Positions 26,328 through 35,081 of a stretch of 35,081 nt of DNA are shown piece by piece. Made by a program: the position numbers and the translations under genes. The notes below the pieces were generated by a model, which made no database searches, was not told the origin of the DNA, and saw nothing but the letters and a program-made list of their open reading frames with translations. Source of the stretch: a virus (Duplodnaviria; Caudoviricetes); the IMG/VR virus record IMGVR_UViG_3300020045_005634, positions 1 through 35,081 of that record. One strand, written 5' to 3'. The first letter of the stretch is position 1. Each line of letters opens with the position of its first letter.

Positions 26328-26580
26328 TACTGCGCCGAAGGATGGGACGATTGTTGACGTCTGGGGACCGGACGGGCGCAAAGCCAATGCGTTTTGGGAT
26401 GAAAACGCATACAATCTAACGACCAAAGACGATGATGGCGCGTGGCGGCAAGCGTATTCGGAAATGTTAGGTCCGGATCAAGTGACTTGCACCTATGGGT
26501 TTCCTATTGAGGCCGAACCGACCCACTGGATGCCGCTACCCGAAAAGCCCGAGGAACTTCCTCCGAGTAAGCCTGTCTGA
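26311..26580 (+). CDS. DUF551-like protein
   Basis: WRTIDTAPKDGT...PTHWMPLPE; GGAGG RBS. Confidence 0.8.
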   Translation: MWRTIDTAPKDGTIVDVWGPDGRKANAFWDENAYNLTTKDDDGAWRQAYSEMLGPDQVTCTYGFPIEAEPTHWMPLPEKPEELPPSKPV

Positions 26581-26856
26581 TTCCTCCTGACATAGATCAA
26601 CCGATTCGATGACGTAGGCCGTATTCCGGTTTGCGTCATCAATCTTTCCAGAGCGGGCATCCGCTACAGACACCCATCCCCCGACCGAGTTGTCAGAAGG
26701 CGGGGGAACGTCCTCGACAGGCCTACGGACGGAAGGCGGGATAAGCGATGCGCAGCGAAGCGCACCATTCAGGTTCAGGTTTGCCCCGCACCCGCTCACG
26801 ATGACAGTAGAGCAAACTGCCACGCAAACCAGCGTCACCCGCGTCAGTCTTTGCAT
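26536..26856 (-). CDS. Putative o-spanin (Rz1-like lipoprotein)
   Basis: Signal peptide with lipobox VSG-C and a Pro-rich stretch; overlaps the 3' part of the i-spanin gene in another frame. Confidence 0.75.
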   Translation of the reverse strand: MQRLTRVTLVCVAVCSTVIVSGCGANLNLNGALRCASLIPPSVRRPVEDVPPPSDNSVGGWVSVADARSGKIDDANRNTAYVIESVDLCQEESDRLTRRKFLGLFG

Positions 26857-27103
26857 TGTCGGCCTCATTCACAAAATCCGTGTTAACCTGGGTTTGGGCT
26901 TCATTGGCTCTAGCGGCCTCATTCAGCGCGTCAGATCGGTCTAGGGCATCCTCGCCTAGCTTTGCCTGACTTTGCGCTACAGTGGCCTTAGAACGGGCTT
27001 CCTTGGCATCCTTACGGGCATCGCAATAGGCCAGCAGGAGAAGACACAGCCCGACGATAGCGAGAAGGGCTAGAACGGGCTTCCAAGGAATGTTCGGGAT
27101 CAT
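26723..27103 (-). CDS. Putative i-spanin (Rz-like)
   Basis: N-terminal TM helix (PVLALLAIVGLCLLLLAY) and Ala-rich coiled coil; downstream of the endolysin. Confidence 0.75.
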   Translation of the reverse strand: MIPNIPWKPVLALLAIVGLCLLLLAYCDARKDAKEARSKATVAQSQAKLGEDALDRSDALNEAARANEAQTQVNTDFVNEADNAKTDAGDAGLRGSLLYCHRERVRGKPEPEWCASLRIAYPAFRP

Positions 27104-27258
27104 TCGACGCCGCCCCAACCTTCAGCTATGAATTTTGAATGTTCGATGGCTTCAAACTTACGCTTGAGGTTGATCGCGACGCAGCACCTACAGCCGAGAA
27201 CCTTTTCGCGTTTGCCGCGCAGATTGAGCGAGCCGACGTTTCGGGACGTGGATTTCAT
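27100..27258 (-). CDS. 52-aa basic protein with a CRCC motif (absent from the ORF track)
   Basis: GGAGG RBS; MKSTSRNVGSLNLRGKREKVLGCRCCVAIN...; ATGA coupling to the i-spanin. Confidence 0.6.
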   Translation of the reverse strand: MKSTSRNVGSLNLRGKREKVLGCRCCVAINLKRKFEAIEHSKFIAEGWGGVE

Positions 27259-27310
27259 CACAGCCTCCAGATCATGTTGACATCATACCGCGATTAGGTT
27301 TGATTGTAAC

Positions 27311-27433
27311 TCCCTCGCACCCAAAAGAGGGACCGTCTGCGGAGTCGGTGACCACCTTAGAAATAGACCTCGATCCTTCCAGGGATCGGTCGGCACCTGA
27401 AGCCCGGTATGGTTCGCCCAGCCGGGTTTTGCT
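27311..27433. ncRNA. Candidate structured RNA inside the lysis cassette
   Basis: Three hairpins (27311-27332, 27366-27391, 27400-27429); TTGACA at 27277 on +; T-tract after the last hairpin. Confidence 0.35.
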
Positions 27434-27435
27434 TT
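27400..27435 (+). terminator. Terminator-like hairpin
   Basis: AAGCCCGG...CCGGGTTT stem with inner TGG/CCA pairs, running into TTTTGCTTT. Confidence 0.45.
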
Positions 27436-28015
27436 ACAGGATCAGGCCCTTCGCCTTAGCCGTCCGCAGCTTCCGATCATCCAGCCCGTTTGTTCCGCCG
27501 TTAATTCGTTTCGTAATGGTCAGCAGGTCGTCAGCATCGGCCCATGCGTTCAGGCCCTTGTCATCCCAATAGGCGCATCCGAGTAGCAGGCCTACAGACG
27601 GGTATGAGCCCATTTCAGGGTGCTGTTCTAGGGCGATGCCAATGCGGCGGCCAAACTTGCGATAGTTGGCCCGGCCCGTAAGTTGGATGGGACCACGGCC
27701 CTTGTATCGCTTGCCGTCGCCCGGCTGTGTGTTTCCAAGGTCCGCACGGCCCTCATAAGCCGCTCCAGACGCAATCTCTTCCATATAGATGAAGCCGCCC
27801 GACTCATGCGCGCATTGGCCCATAAAGTGCGCTAGGCGCAGAGGCGTGTCGAGAATGCCGTAGGTTTTGAAATGGACCGCAGCCGAAAGGCCCAACTCGC
27901 CAGCAATCGACGGCGATGCTCCCATGCGAGCGAACAAAGCCCGCATCGTGTTAGGGCCAGGATCACCGTCAATGGCGACGGCTAGATTGGCTTGCAGCTT
28001 CCGCACGTCGATCAT
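27434..28015 (-). CDS. Endolysin, glycoside hydrolase family 19
   Basis: RLAHFMGQCAHESGGF..EE; LGNTQPGDG.RYKGRGPIQLTGRANY; ITKRINGGTNGLDDR. Confidence 0.95.
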   Translation of the reverse strand: MIDVRKLQANLAVAIDGDPGPNTMRALFARMGASPSIAGELGLSAAVHFKTYGILDTPLRLAHFMGQCAHESGGFIYMEEIASGAAYEGRADLGNTQPGDGKRYKGRGPIQLTGRANYRKFGRRIGIALEQHPEMGSYPSVGLLLGCAYWDDKGLNAWADADDLLTITKRINGGTNGLDDRKLRTAKAKGLIL

Positions 28016-28296
28016 TTGTCGTCATCCGTAGCGAGAGGAACGGCAGGCGGGGGAGGTCCAGCACCGGCAATCTGTGCAATGGCTTCATTTGCCTGTTTAG
28101 AGGCCACTGAGGCCCCCCAACGGAATCCGGCATAGCCACCGACAATAGTGCCTAGTAGCGTACCCAGAAGGCTCGCCACGATGGGCAGGTTGTTCTGAGG
28201 GACTTCCAGAAACATGAGGCCGCCAACAGCGCCTCCGATGATCAGGATCGACGCACAAACCACGATGGCGTCTAGCGTCTGGTAATCACGCTTCAT
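28012..28296 (-). CDS. Putative holin (2 TM)
   Basis: Two hydrophobic helices; directly upstream of the endolysin and ATGA-coupled to it. Confidence 0.75.
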   Translation of the reverse strand: MKRDYQTLDAIVVCASILIIGGAVGGLMFLEVPQNNLPIVASLLGTLLGTIVGGYAGFRWGASVASKQANEAIAQIAGAGPPPPAVPLATDDDK

Positions 28297-28481
28297 GATA
28301 GCCCCAACACCTTCCCGACCTTCGGCAGAATCAGAGCCATCATCACGCCCATCCCAGCCGCTGCACCCATGCCCCAGCGCATGAGTTTTTGCAGTTCATC
28401 AACCTTGGCCTCAACCTCTTTAAGATCGCTTCGGAGGCCGCTTACAAGGCTTTCCAGAACGGCGACTTTGCTCTCGACCAT
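28293..28481 (-). CDS. Coiled-coil protein with C-terminal TM helix (XhlA-like)
   Basis: KVAVLES...VDELQK followed by WGMGAAAGMGVMMALIL; TGATG overlap. Confidence 0.65.
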   Translation of the reverse strand: MVESKVAVLESLVSGLRSDLKEVEAKVDELQKLMRWGMGAAAGMGVMMALILPKVGKVLGLS

Positions 28482-28960
28482 CAACCATGCGCCCTAGCAA
28501 GAGTCCGCCTGCGATCAAGCAGATAACTGACAAAGCGAGCCATACCATGACGAACACCGGCGCTCCCGACAGCAAGCAGTTGAAGGGCGAAAGTGCCGTT
28601 GATGAATACGATGTATAGGTACAGACCTCTTTGCGTCGCGGTGTGCGTATACCACGAATAAATGAATCCGACATGAGCCGTTAGCTGTGCTACAAAAAGC
28701 ATCGCGAGGATGACCTTCCAAGCGCACTTTTCACGCTTCCAGGCTCTCCAGACCATCGCCATGAAAATCACGTCGATGACTGGAAAGCCCAAGGCTGCGT
28801 TTGGCATCCCGTAGGCTGCGACCAGCATATTGGTCACGCCGTAGGAGACGCACAGCAGCGTCACGGCCCCGAGAGCATCACTGAAACCGCCTTTGGAATC
28901 AGCATTAGCCCACGCGGTAAACATGAACGTCAGGACGCAGGCAAGGCCATAGAAAATCAT
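28481..28960 (-). CDS. Multi-pass membrane protein (about 5 TM)
   Basis: Five hydrophobic segments; coupled to neighbours on both sides. Confidence 0.7.
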   Translation of the reverse strand: MIFYGLACVLTFMFTAWANADSKGGFSDALGAVTLLCVSYGVTNMLVAAYGMPNAALGFPVIDVIFMAMVWRAWKREKCAWKVILAMLFVAQLTAHVGFIYSWYTHTATQRGLYLYIVFINGTFALQLLAVGSAGVRHGMARFVSYLLDRRRTLARAHG

Positions 28961-29223
28961 GGGATTGGGTCCAAGGGCTCGTCAGGGTTCTGAGGCGGTT
29001 CCTTCGATGTTCCGCCGCTGAAAAGGACAACGTTCGGCTCTGGATATTGTTCTTTGAACGCCTTCTGCGCTTTGTCCATAAGCGCGTGAAGAACTCTAGC
29101 CTGTCGCTCAGCATCCTGAGAGGCCTTCGCCGTTTCCACAGCTAGGCGGTGGGCGACATCAATCAATCGCTCCAGCTTGGCCTGTGCTCTTCCGATTGTG
29201 TCGATATGGGATTGTGCGGTCAT
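28957..29223 (-). CDS. Hypothetical helical protein
   Basis: ATGA coupling; C-terminal VVLFSGGTSKEPP. Confidence 0.6.
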   Translation of the reverse strand: MTAQSHIDTIGRAQAKLERLIDVAHRLAVETAKASQDAERQARVLHALMDKAQKAFKEQYPEPNVVLFSGGTSKEPPQNPDEPLDPIP

Positions 29224-29333
29224 CCAAATTTCCTGACGTAAGCGGCGAAGACTTCATCTTTCAGGTGTTCAGCCCACTGACGTTCCGAAACCTGACCGGA
29301 GCGGTAACACTCGATAAGCAGGGAATAATTCAT
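29220..29333 (-). CDS. 37-aa hypothetical protein
   Basis: MNYSLLIECYRSGQVSERQWAEHLKDEVFAAYVRKFG; starts 4 nt after the tailspike stop. Confidence 0.55.
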   Translation of the reverse strand: MNYSLLIECYRSGQVSERQWAEHLKDEVFAAYVRKFG

Positions 29334-29337
29334 GTCA

Positions 29338-30948
29338 CTACCTGATAAAATAGGTCTGCGTTGACCCGGTGCGGTTTTTGAGGCGAACTGTGCTTCCGCT
29401 ATAATACACAGCGTTTCCCGTGCCTGTGTCGGTTGTGGCATAGTATCCCGCAGGGTCAAACAGCTTTGAGGGTGAGCTGGAGACAAAGCTAGTGAAGCCC
29501 GCAACCGTTCCGTTTGTGTCGATGATGCGGAAATCTATCCCGTAGCGATCTGCCGTGTAAAGAACTGTCTCCGTCATATCGGCTAGGCTGATAGCAAACT
29601 GATAACCAGGGAGCCCTAAAGCGCGAGTCTCAAAAATAGCACTCGGATTGATGGCCCCGCCAGCAGAGTAACCCGTGATCAGATTGCTTTCGTCGATAGA
29701 AATATCTGAAAACGTGCCTCCCGCTGCCAAATCCCCGATCGCAAACAACTGTGTCGCGCCAGCCCCTTGGTCATCGTAGATTTGATTCCCAGAGAGCGTG
29801 ACGTGTGTGGTCGCAAGAGCGGTCGAGGAATAAAACACGACACCCCCATGTCCAGGGAGGGAGGAGTTTTGCCCGTTGTTTTTTATGATGTTGCCCTCGA
29901 CGGTGTATCTCTTCCCGTCAGCAATAAGAAGACCACTGGTTCCACACCCACTCAAAACGTTGCCAATTACAGAAACGTCAACACAGTTGATAGAGTCTAC
30001 ACCAGAGCCACCATCCGCCCCATTTTGTATGTCGTTTCCTTGGATAATTAGTCCCGAAACATCGTTGCAATAAATTGTTGCTTGGTAGGAAGTAAGACCG
30101 ACGTTGAATGACGCCCTACAGTTAGTCATTCCCCCTGCAAAGGAGATACAGTCAAGGCCGACCTCTTCAAACGTATTAAAATCCGCAAAGGCGTGATCAT
30201 GGTTCAGCCACGCCGCCGCCTGAATCTGGTCGGCGAACAGTCCTGACGTTTGGAAATACATTCCACAGTTAGTAAAGTATGAGTTTGAAACGCCGACAAA
30301 CGAGCCGCCAGAAACTAGAAGCCCGATCCCCCGGCAGTTCTGCCACCAGCACTTATCGAATAGAATTCGGTCACAGTTAAACGTCTGGACAACATTGTTG
30401 TTGATCCCAACCGCCGACAAGTTGCCGTCAAAAACGATTCCCGTAACCAGAACGTCGGCGCAGGTGACAAAGCTGAACAAAAGCGGGTCTGTGCCCGTCG
30501 CGGCGGTCTTGGCTTTGATTACAGGGCGACCGAGGCCAATCCATTGCTTAACTGAGTTGGATGGCGTGAAGTGGTTAATAATGTAGGTGCGGCCATAGCC
30601 GGGAATGACAACACCCACGCCTGCCGCCGCAGCCGCAGCCGCAGCCGCGACAAACGCCGCCGTATCGTCAGCGACTCCATTGCCGAGCGCGCCATAATCC
30701 GTGACGTTTACGGCAAGGCTTACAAGCGGCTTCCACACCCCTGCGCCAAGTTGATACTCGATCAAGTCAGCTGTCGCATTGGCGCGAAGGTTTACGCCCT
30801 CGCCGTACAGGACGGGCGACCCATCGTTCTGTACGCCGAGGCGGGATTTAACGACCCCATCAATCTTTAGCTCAAGCGCGCCCAAATCCTCCGATTGTGC
30901 GCTTGCGCGATTAAGATCAATCCCCTGCCTTGTAACTTTAGTCGTCAT
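29338..30948 (-). CDS. Tailspike / depolymerase with a right-handed beta-helix (pectate lyase-like)
   Basis: VNVTDYGALGNGVADDTAAF; repeated IQGN/VIGN/VEGN/LSGN rungs. Confidence 0.85.
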   Translation of the reverse strand: MTTKVTRQGIDLNRASAQSEDLGALELKIDGVVKSRLGVQNDGSPVLYGEGVNLRANATADLIEYQLGAGVWKPLVSLAVNVTDYGALGNGVADDTAAFVAAAAAAAAAGVGVVIPGYGRTYIINHFTPSNSVKQWIGLGRPVIKAKTAATGTDPLLFSFVTCADVLVTGIVFDGNLSAVGINNNVVQTFNCDRILFDKCWWQNCRGIGLLVSGGSFVGVSNSYFTNCGMYFQTSGLFADQIQAAAWLNHDHAFADFNTFEEVGLDCISFAGGMTNCRASFNVGLTSYQATIYCNDVSGLIIQGNDIQNGADGGSGVDSINCVDVSVIGNVLSGCGTSGLLIADGKRYTVEGNIIKNNGQNSSLPGHGGVVFYSSTALATTHVTLSGNQIYDDQGAGATQLFAIGDLAAGGTFSDISIDESNLITGYSAGGAINPSAIFETRALGLPGYQFAISLADMTETVLYTADRYGIDFRIIDTNGTVAGFTSFVSSSPSKLFDPAGYYATTDTGTGNAVYYSGSTVRLKNRTGSTQTYFIR

Positions 30949-33344
30949 CAGACTTGCACCGTCAGAGAGGGTTGATCCGCGCTATCGCCGGAGTTTGGAT
31001 AGACCGCCGCGTAACTGCCAAACGCCGCCGTACCCATCGCATTGTTGCGAGAGCGAACATTTGTAGTGTCGCCGCCTGTGACAAGAAAACCGTTAGCAAG
31101 TCCCGGCCATGAAGCGTCTTTCTGAGAAACCTTATTGTTCTCGACACAAGAAATCTCGCAGTTAAGCATATAGATATGCTCTGTCGCAGTTCCGCTTGAC
31201 CCGCCGCAATAAGGGAAGTTGTTATTCAGGATCATCGCCCCCTGAACGCCGTCCATATAGATCGAGCGGTTTACATGGTAGCGGAAATGGTTTGCCTGAA
31301 TCTGCACGTCATGGATTACGCCGAACACCGCGCCGGTCGTCAGTTTCCGCATATCAATCGCATTCCCGAGACAGCTTTCAAACTGGCAGCCGAGGAACTT
31401 GAGCGATGAAATCTTTGCACCGTCGATGGCCTCGACATACACCGCATTCGTGGTCGTGAACGTGCCGTTGCCTTGGAACTTGGTCCCCGGTGCAAACGTC
31501 ATGTCGCCAAGCGTCCGATCCAGACCGGGAGCGGATTTTGACGTCATCACCACGCAACGGCCGACGTGACCCGCATAGAACTGCGTATCGTTCACTACGT
31601 TGACCGCCTTGACCAGTGCCGACGTAGGCCCGGTGGTTTGGCTGCATTCGATGTAGAGACAGACGCCACCACCAGCGCCGCCAGCAATGGGTTGACCAAA
31701 GATGCACGACGACAAGACAATCTCAGAACATGTCGATCCACCGGCGGTAAGGCCAATATACATTGACCGGCCATAGACAGTCGCGGAGTTGGAATAGACG
31801 TTTTGGAAGATTAGCTTAGTCACAGACCGAACATCAATGTTCGTCGCAAAGTCGCTAACCGTGACATTGGTCACCGAGTTGTTCGTCAGGCCGGTGATGA
31901 TCTTGTCACTGGCCCCGCCATCGCCCGCAATAATAAGCCCTGCGCTATATGGGTTATTTGACGGGAACACAGAGAACCCGTCCATGCGGACTTCGGTATT
32001 CGAGTTGAGATCAGCGAGGCCGTAAATGCCTTGAACGCGGATACGCCCGCCCCCGCCAGCGGAATAAAACCGCGTTCCCGTGCCAGCCAGAGACCATCCT
32101 GCCCCGCAGAACTCAATGACTTCCAAAAGGCTTGGCTGGATATTGATCTCGCCGTCAATTCCATAGGCCCTGTCATGAGCCTTCAGGCGAGGAAGGCGGC
32201 GATTGCCTCCCGTAGTCCCTGACGCCAGAACGCAGGCCACAGCCTTGTTGAAGGCGTCTGTGTTATCGGTATAGGCCCCGCCGCCCGGCAGGGATTCATC
32301 CCAATCGCCTACAGCGCCGAAGAACTCAGGCGAGACATCATCCAACCCGACGACATCGCCATCGCCCGTGAAGACGTGGTAGTCAAAGCGGCAATCGAAA
32401 ACGCCACGGATCGTCAGGGTTACGCCAGCCGCAACATTGATCGTGCCGTTGATGACCTTGAGCATGGTCCCGACCGGAATCGTCGTGTCGGTGGTAATCG
32501 ACAACTCGCCATCGGCAAGCGTCCACACAGGACCGTAAGCGAAGGCTTCTTCAACGCCAGGGCCATCATCCGACCCGTCCTGATAGACCGTAGGCCAGTC
32601 ATAAAGATCGGGGGTTCTGGCAGCCCGTGAGGTAGTCGAGAGCTTCCGCCCATCGGGGACGATGGCAGCGGGAGGCGGCGTGATCGAAACGCCGGTAGAG
32701 CGCGCAACATGAACGCCGACACCGATTGCCCCAAGTTCGGGAGCTGTCGTGAAGGTGATTTGGTTCGTACCGTCTGTGCTGTAGTCATAGACAGGCGAGC
32801 CGTCAGGGTCTTCCGGGGTTTGGGGAACGCCCGCGACCTTAACCTCAACCGTCCAAGCGTTACCGGCTTCGACCTCTTCGGCCATCGTAAAGGTCGTGGT
32901 GGTTCCGTCACCTACAAAGGTGAAGGTTTCGCCCGAGCCCGTGAGAGAACCGGCCGCAGCAACAGCGATGGCAGCAGCAGCCTCGGCAATCTCGGCATAT
33001 TCTTCAGCCAGAGCTAGGGCCGCCGTGTCGTAATCGACGGACGGACGGTAGTTGTCGAAGACCGACGTATTGCCCGGCGACGAACCGTTCTGCGTCGTGA
33101 CAGCCAGCGTATAAAGATACGGATCAGCTTCCGTGCCGGATTCAGCAAAGATCGGCGGAAACTGACCAGACGAGTTGGCAACAACTGGATTGCTGGAAAG
33201 CGTCGTCAGCGCAAAGTCTGTGTAGATGTTCGCGAGTGTGGTAGTCTCGTTCTCATAGACATAGAGAAGCGCGCCCGGCAAGAGGCGGTCCTCCCTGTTA
33301 CGGGCCGGCATAAATTGCGGGAGGACTATCCGACCGACCGACAT
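30948..33344 (-). CDS. Primary tailspike with an N-terminal particle-binding domain
   Basis: GALLYVYENETTTLANIYTD..NPVVANSSG; FVGDGTTTTF..ITFTTAP; VSPEFFGAVGD..DNTDAFNKA; beta-helix rungs. Confidence 0.85.
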   Translation of the reverse strand: MSVGRIVLPQFMPARNREDRLLPGALLYVYENETTTLANIYTDFALTTLSSNPVVANSSGQFPPIFAESGTEADPYLYTLAVTTQNGSSPGNTSVFDNYRPSVDYDTAALALAEEYAEIAEAAAAIAVAAAGSLTGSGETFTFVGDGTTTTFTMAEEVEAGNAWTVEVKVAGVPQTPEDPDGSPVYDYSTDGTNQITFTTAPELGAIGVGVHVARSTGVSITPPPAAIVPDGRKLSTTSRAARTPDLYDWPTVYQDGSDDGPGVEEAFAYGPVWTLADGELSITTDTTIPVGTMLKVINGTINVAAGVTLTIRGVFDCRFDYHVFTGDGDVVGLDDVSPEFFGAVGDWDESLPGGGAYTDNTDAFNKAVACVLASGTTGGNRRLPRLKAHDRAYGIDGEINIQPSLLEVIEFCGAGWSLAGTGTRFYSAGGGGRIRVQGIYGLADLNSNTEVRMDGFSVFPSNNPYSAGLIIAGDGGASDKIITGLTNNSVTNVTVSDFATNIDVRSVTKLIFQNVYSNSATVYGRSMYIGLTAGGSTCSEIVLSSCIFGQPIAGGAGGGVCLYIECSQTTGPTSALVKAVNVVNDTQFYAGHVGRCVVMTSKSAPGLDRTLGDMTFAPGTKFQGNGTFTTTNAVYVEAIDGAKISSLKFLGCQFESCLGNAIDMRKLTTGAVFGVIHDVQIQANHFRYHVNRSIYMDGVQGAMILNNNFPYCGGSSGTATEHIYMLNCEISCVENNKVSQKDASWPGLANGFLVTGGDTTNVRSRNNAMGTAAFGSYAAVYPNSGDSADQPSLTVQV

Positions 33345-33346
33345 GA

Positions 33347-33853
33347 CTAGATTGCCCCCATTTCTACGGCACGGCGCGGCTCAACGCCCCAATAAAGAAG
33401 CTCATGCAAAACCCTGCATTCTTTTGCTTCTTCTAGGTCGTCGTAACAACCGAGGTGAACATTTAGATTTTTCTCTTTGGCGATAGAGACGCGCCATTGT
33501 GATACGTCTGACTTCCACGAAACGCCACGGAAACCAGAAATAGATATTTTGTCTCTTGGGCCAGGAGCATTTCGAGAATTTACAGAAAGGTTCGTCTTTC
33601 TAAGATTCTCTCTTTGGCAATTAATGCCGTTACCGTCTTTGTGGTCAACGATTCCGTCACCTTTAGAGAGCCCAAGAACCTCTCTGTGAAGATGAACAAC
33701 CCCAACCTTAGACTGACCCTTTAACCAAACTGTTCTTTGGGCGTAAACTCTGCCATTGCTACGCTCACGCGCGCTCCACTTCCACCTAGTTAGGTGTGCG
33801 TCTTCATCGCTTAGGAGCGCCACATAGCCCTTGCTGATCGGCATCTCTATCAT
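33347..33853 (-). CDS. HNH endonuclease with C-terminal AP2 DNA-binding domain
   Basis: LHREVL..VDHKDGNGINCQRENLR; SGFRGVSW...HLGCYDDLEEA. Confidence 0.9.
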   Translation of the reverse strand: MIEMPISKGYVALLSDEDAHLTRWKWSARERSNGRVYAQRTVWLKGQSKVGVVHLHREVLGLSKGDGIVDHKDGNGINCQRENLRKTNLSVNSRNAPGPRDKISISGFRGVSWKSDVSQWRVSIAKEKNLNVHLGCYDDLEEAKECRVLHELLYWGVEPRRAVEMGAI

Positions 33854-33932
33854 GGCAAAAAGAGTTTTCGTTTCCAGGAAAATCGCGGGATTTTGGTTTT
33901 ACTATTCGCCGCCATCTAGGCTTTCAATCCTC

Positions 33933-34010
33933 ATGCAGAGGATAGGGTTATTCGGTTGGCTTGCCCTCATGGGTCTTGGTATTGGATCGGCTTTATTGAG
34001 CGGTAGCTGA
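33933..34010 (+). CDS. Possible 25-aa hydrophobic peptide antisense to the late operon
   Basis: MQRIGLFGWLALMGLGIGSALLSGS; no clear RBS. Confidence 0.25.
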   Translation: MQRIGLFGWLALMGLGIGSALLSGS

Positions 34011-35081
34011 CCCTTGTGCTGACGCAATACCGTATCGCACAGAACGCGCAAGACGGCGAGCCTCCCCGCGTGACATCTTCTCAGACAGCATCCTGATCAG
34101 ATCATCCGTGCGGGCCGGATCAAGTGCGGCCTCGACTATCGCTTGTGCTTGATTGTCCGAAAAGCCACGCGATTGGAACCGACGCGTCAGACGAACGGCT
34201 AGACCGGGAATATTGCCCGTCATGACCTCACGCGCAGCCCCCGCGCCATCGGCAAGGTTCTGTGCGTCTTGCAATCGCTGTGCAGTCTGAGAGCCAGAGA
34301 GCGGGTTGATCGTGCGAGCGTTCTCAAGCGCGCGGCGCTCAAGAGCCATCCCGGTTTGCATGGCTGCTGCATCGTCACCCAAGAGCGCGAGATTACGCAT
34401 CCCTTGCTCCCGGCCTACGGAAAGCCGCGCAGCCGTTCCGGGTGCATTGCCTTGGGTTCCGGCTTGGCGCTCGATGGCCCGACGAGCCGCCGCACGGGCG
34501 ACCTGAACCTCTTCCGGCGTCAGCTTGGCAACAGCCGCACCGAACTGATCGGCTTCCATAGACATGAAGGCTTCGCCTAGATCGACAGCATCAATCTTGC
34601 CGCTTTCATCCGCAAACTCTCTTAGAGCCGCGTCGTAACCCGGCACCTGTTGGCGCGCCGTGCCCCTCAGACGCTCCGCAAGGGCGAAGTAGGAGGATGC
34701 GGCGTCATTGTTGCCCGCGCGTTGGAATGTCTGCGCCTTGCCATTGAGGGACCGTGCAAGCCTGTCCGCCATCCCGACCGTCAGTTGAACGCCATTGGGG
34801 TTGTCCAACGCACCATCGGAAAGCTGTTGCAGGAGGTTCGCGGTTTCACTGTCGCCACGGTTCAAAGCCGCCGTGGTCGCTTCCTCAATCGCGGGCTTCA
34901 TGGCAGGAGCGCGCAAAGCATCAATCACCGCGCGTTCCGGCTGAACGGGTTCATTCCTCACAGCTCCAAACGCTTCGTCGGCTTGGCGTGAACGGCGAGC
35001 GGTCATCTCTCCCGTCATCTCAAGCGGCGAGCGAGGGTCGCTGGAAATTGTGCGGCGCGCTTTGGTCGATACACGGTCCTG
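33993..35081 (-). CDS. Putative DNA ejection/transfer protein, 5' partial
   Basis: Frame open to the window edge; A/R-rich helices with SGSQTAQR; upstream of the tailspikes. Confidence 0.65.
   Translation of the reverse strand, partial: QDRVSTKARRTISSDPRSPLEMTGEMTARRSRQADEAFGAVRNEPVQPERAVIDALRAPAMKPAIEEATTAALNRGDSETANLLQQLSDGALDNPNGVQLTVGMADRLARSLNGKAQTFQRAGNNDAASSYFALAERLRGTARQQVPGYDAALREFADESGKIDAVDLGEAFMSMEADQFGAAVAKLTPEEVQVARAAARRAIERQAGTQGNAPGTAARLSVGREQGMRNLALLGDDAAAMQTGMALERRALENARTINPLSGSQTAQRLQDAQNLADGAGAAREVMTGNIPGLAVRLTRRFQSRGFSDNQAQAIVEAALDPARTDDLIRMLSEKMSRGEARRLARSVRYGIASAQGSATAQ

Larger units (their letters stand above)
22166..35081. mobile_element. Phage segment B: alphaproteobacterial podovirus-like phage (early genes +, late genes -)
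   Basis: GapR, Rad52/Sak, GH19 endolysin, spanins and tailspikes; more GC-rich codon usage than segment A. Confidence 0.85.

Noticed and set aside
27300-27433. tRNA, hammerhead or pistol ribozyme
   Set aside because: No cloverleaf or T-loop and no complete catalytic-core consensus seen on either strand
29220-29504. 94-aa ORF as listed in the track
   Set aside because: The 5' part overlaps the tailspike gene; the likely start is ATG 29333
1-35081. CRISPR array, diversity-generating retroelement, rRNA
   Set aside because: No spaced repeats, reverse transcriptase, TR/VR pair or rRNA-like sequence seen by eye

Overview
The window looks like two unrelated podovirus-type phage segments joined near 22,165. 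The left segment (1-~22,165; genes mostly on +, tightly coupled by ATGA/TAATG overlaps) starts with a ~9.6 kb glycan cluster: two GT9-like and two GT2 glycosyltransferases, two Zn-ribbon methyltransferase-fold proteins, a TcaB9/KijD1-like NDP-sugar C-methyltransferase, a DegT/FdtB aminotransferase, an FdtA-type 3,4-ketoisomerase and two SDRs. An antisense HNH gene interrupts the cluster, and the second GT9 has an in-frame TAG inside its N-terminal motif. The cluster runs with no gap into virion genes (adaptor, nozzle with an inserted LamG domain, ejection proteins, fibres), then holin-like genes and convergent micro-ORFs, one a stand-alone C2H2 zinc finger. The right segment (~22,165-35,081; visibly more GC-rich) resembles an alphaproteobacterial phage. 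Its early genes are on + (Rad52/Sak, minimal nucleotidyltransferase, GapR, DUF1367/NinB-like, DUF551-like). They converge on late genes on - (ejection protein, HNH-AP2, two beta-helix tailspikes, holin, GH19 endolysin, spanins). The best candidate for a new system is a phage-encoded pathway that makes a branched amino-deoxysugar and probably glycosylates the virion. All product calls come from motif recognition and gene context; no database searches were run.
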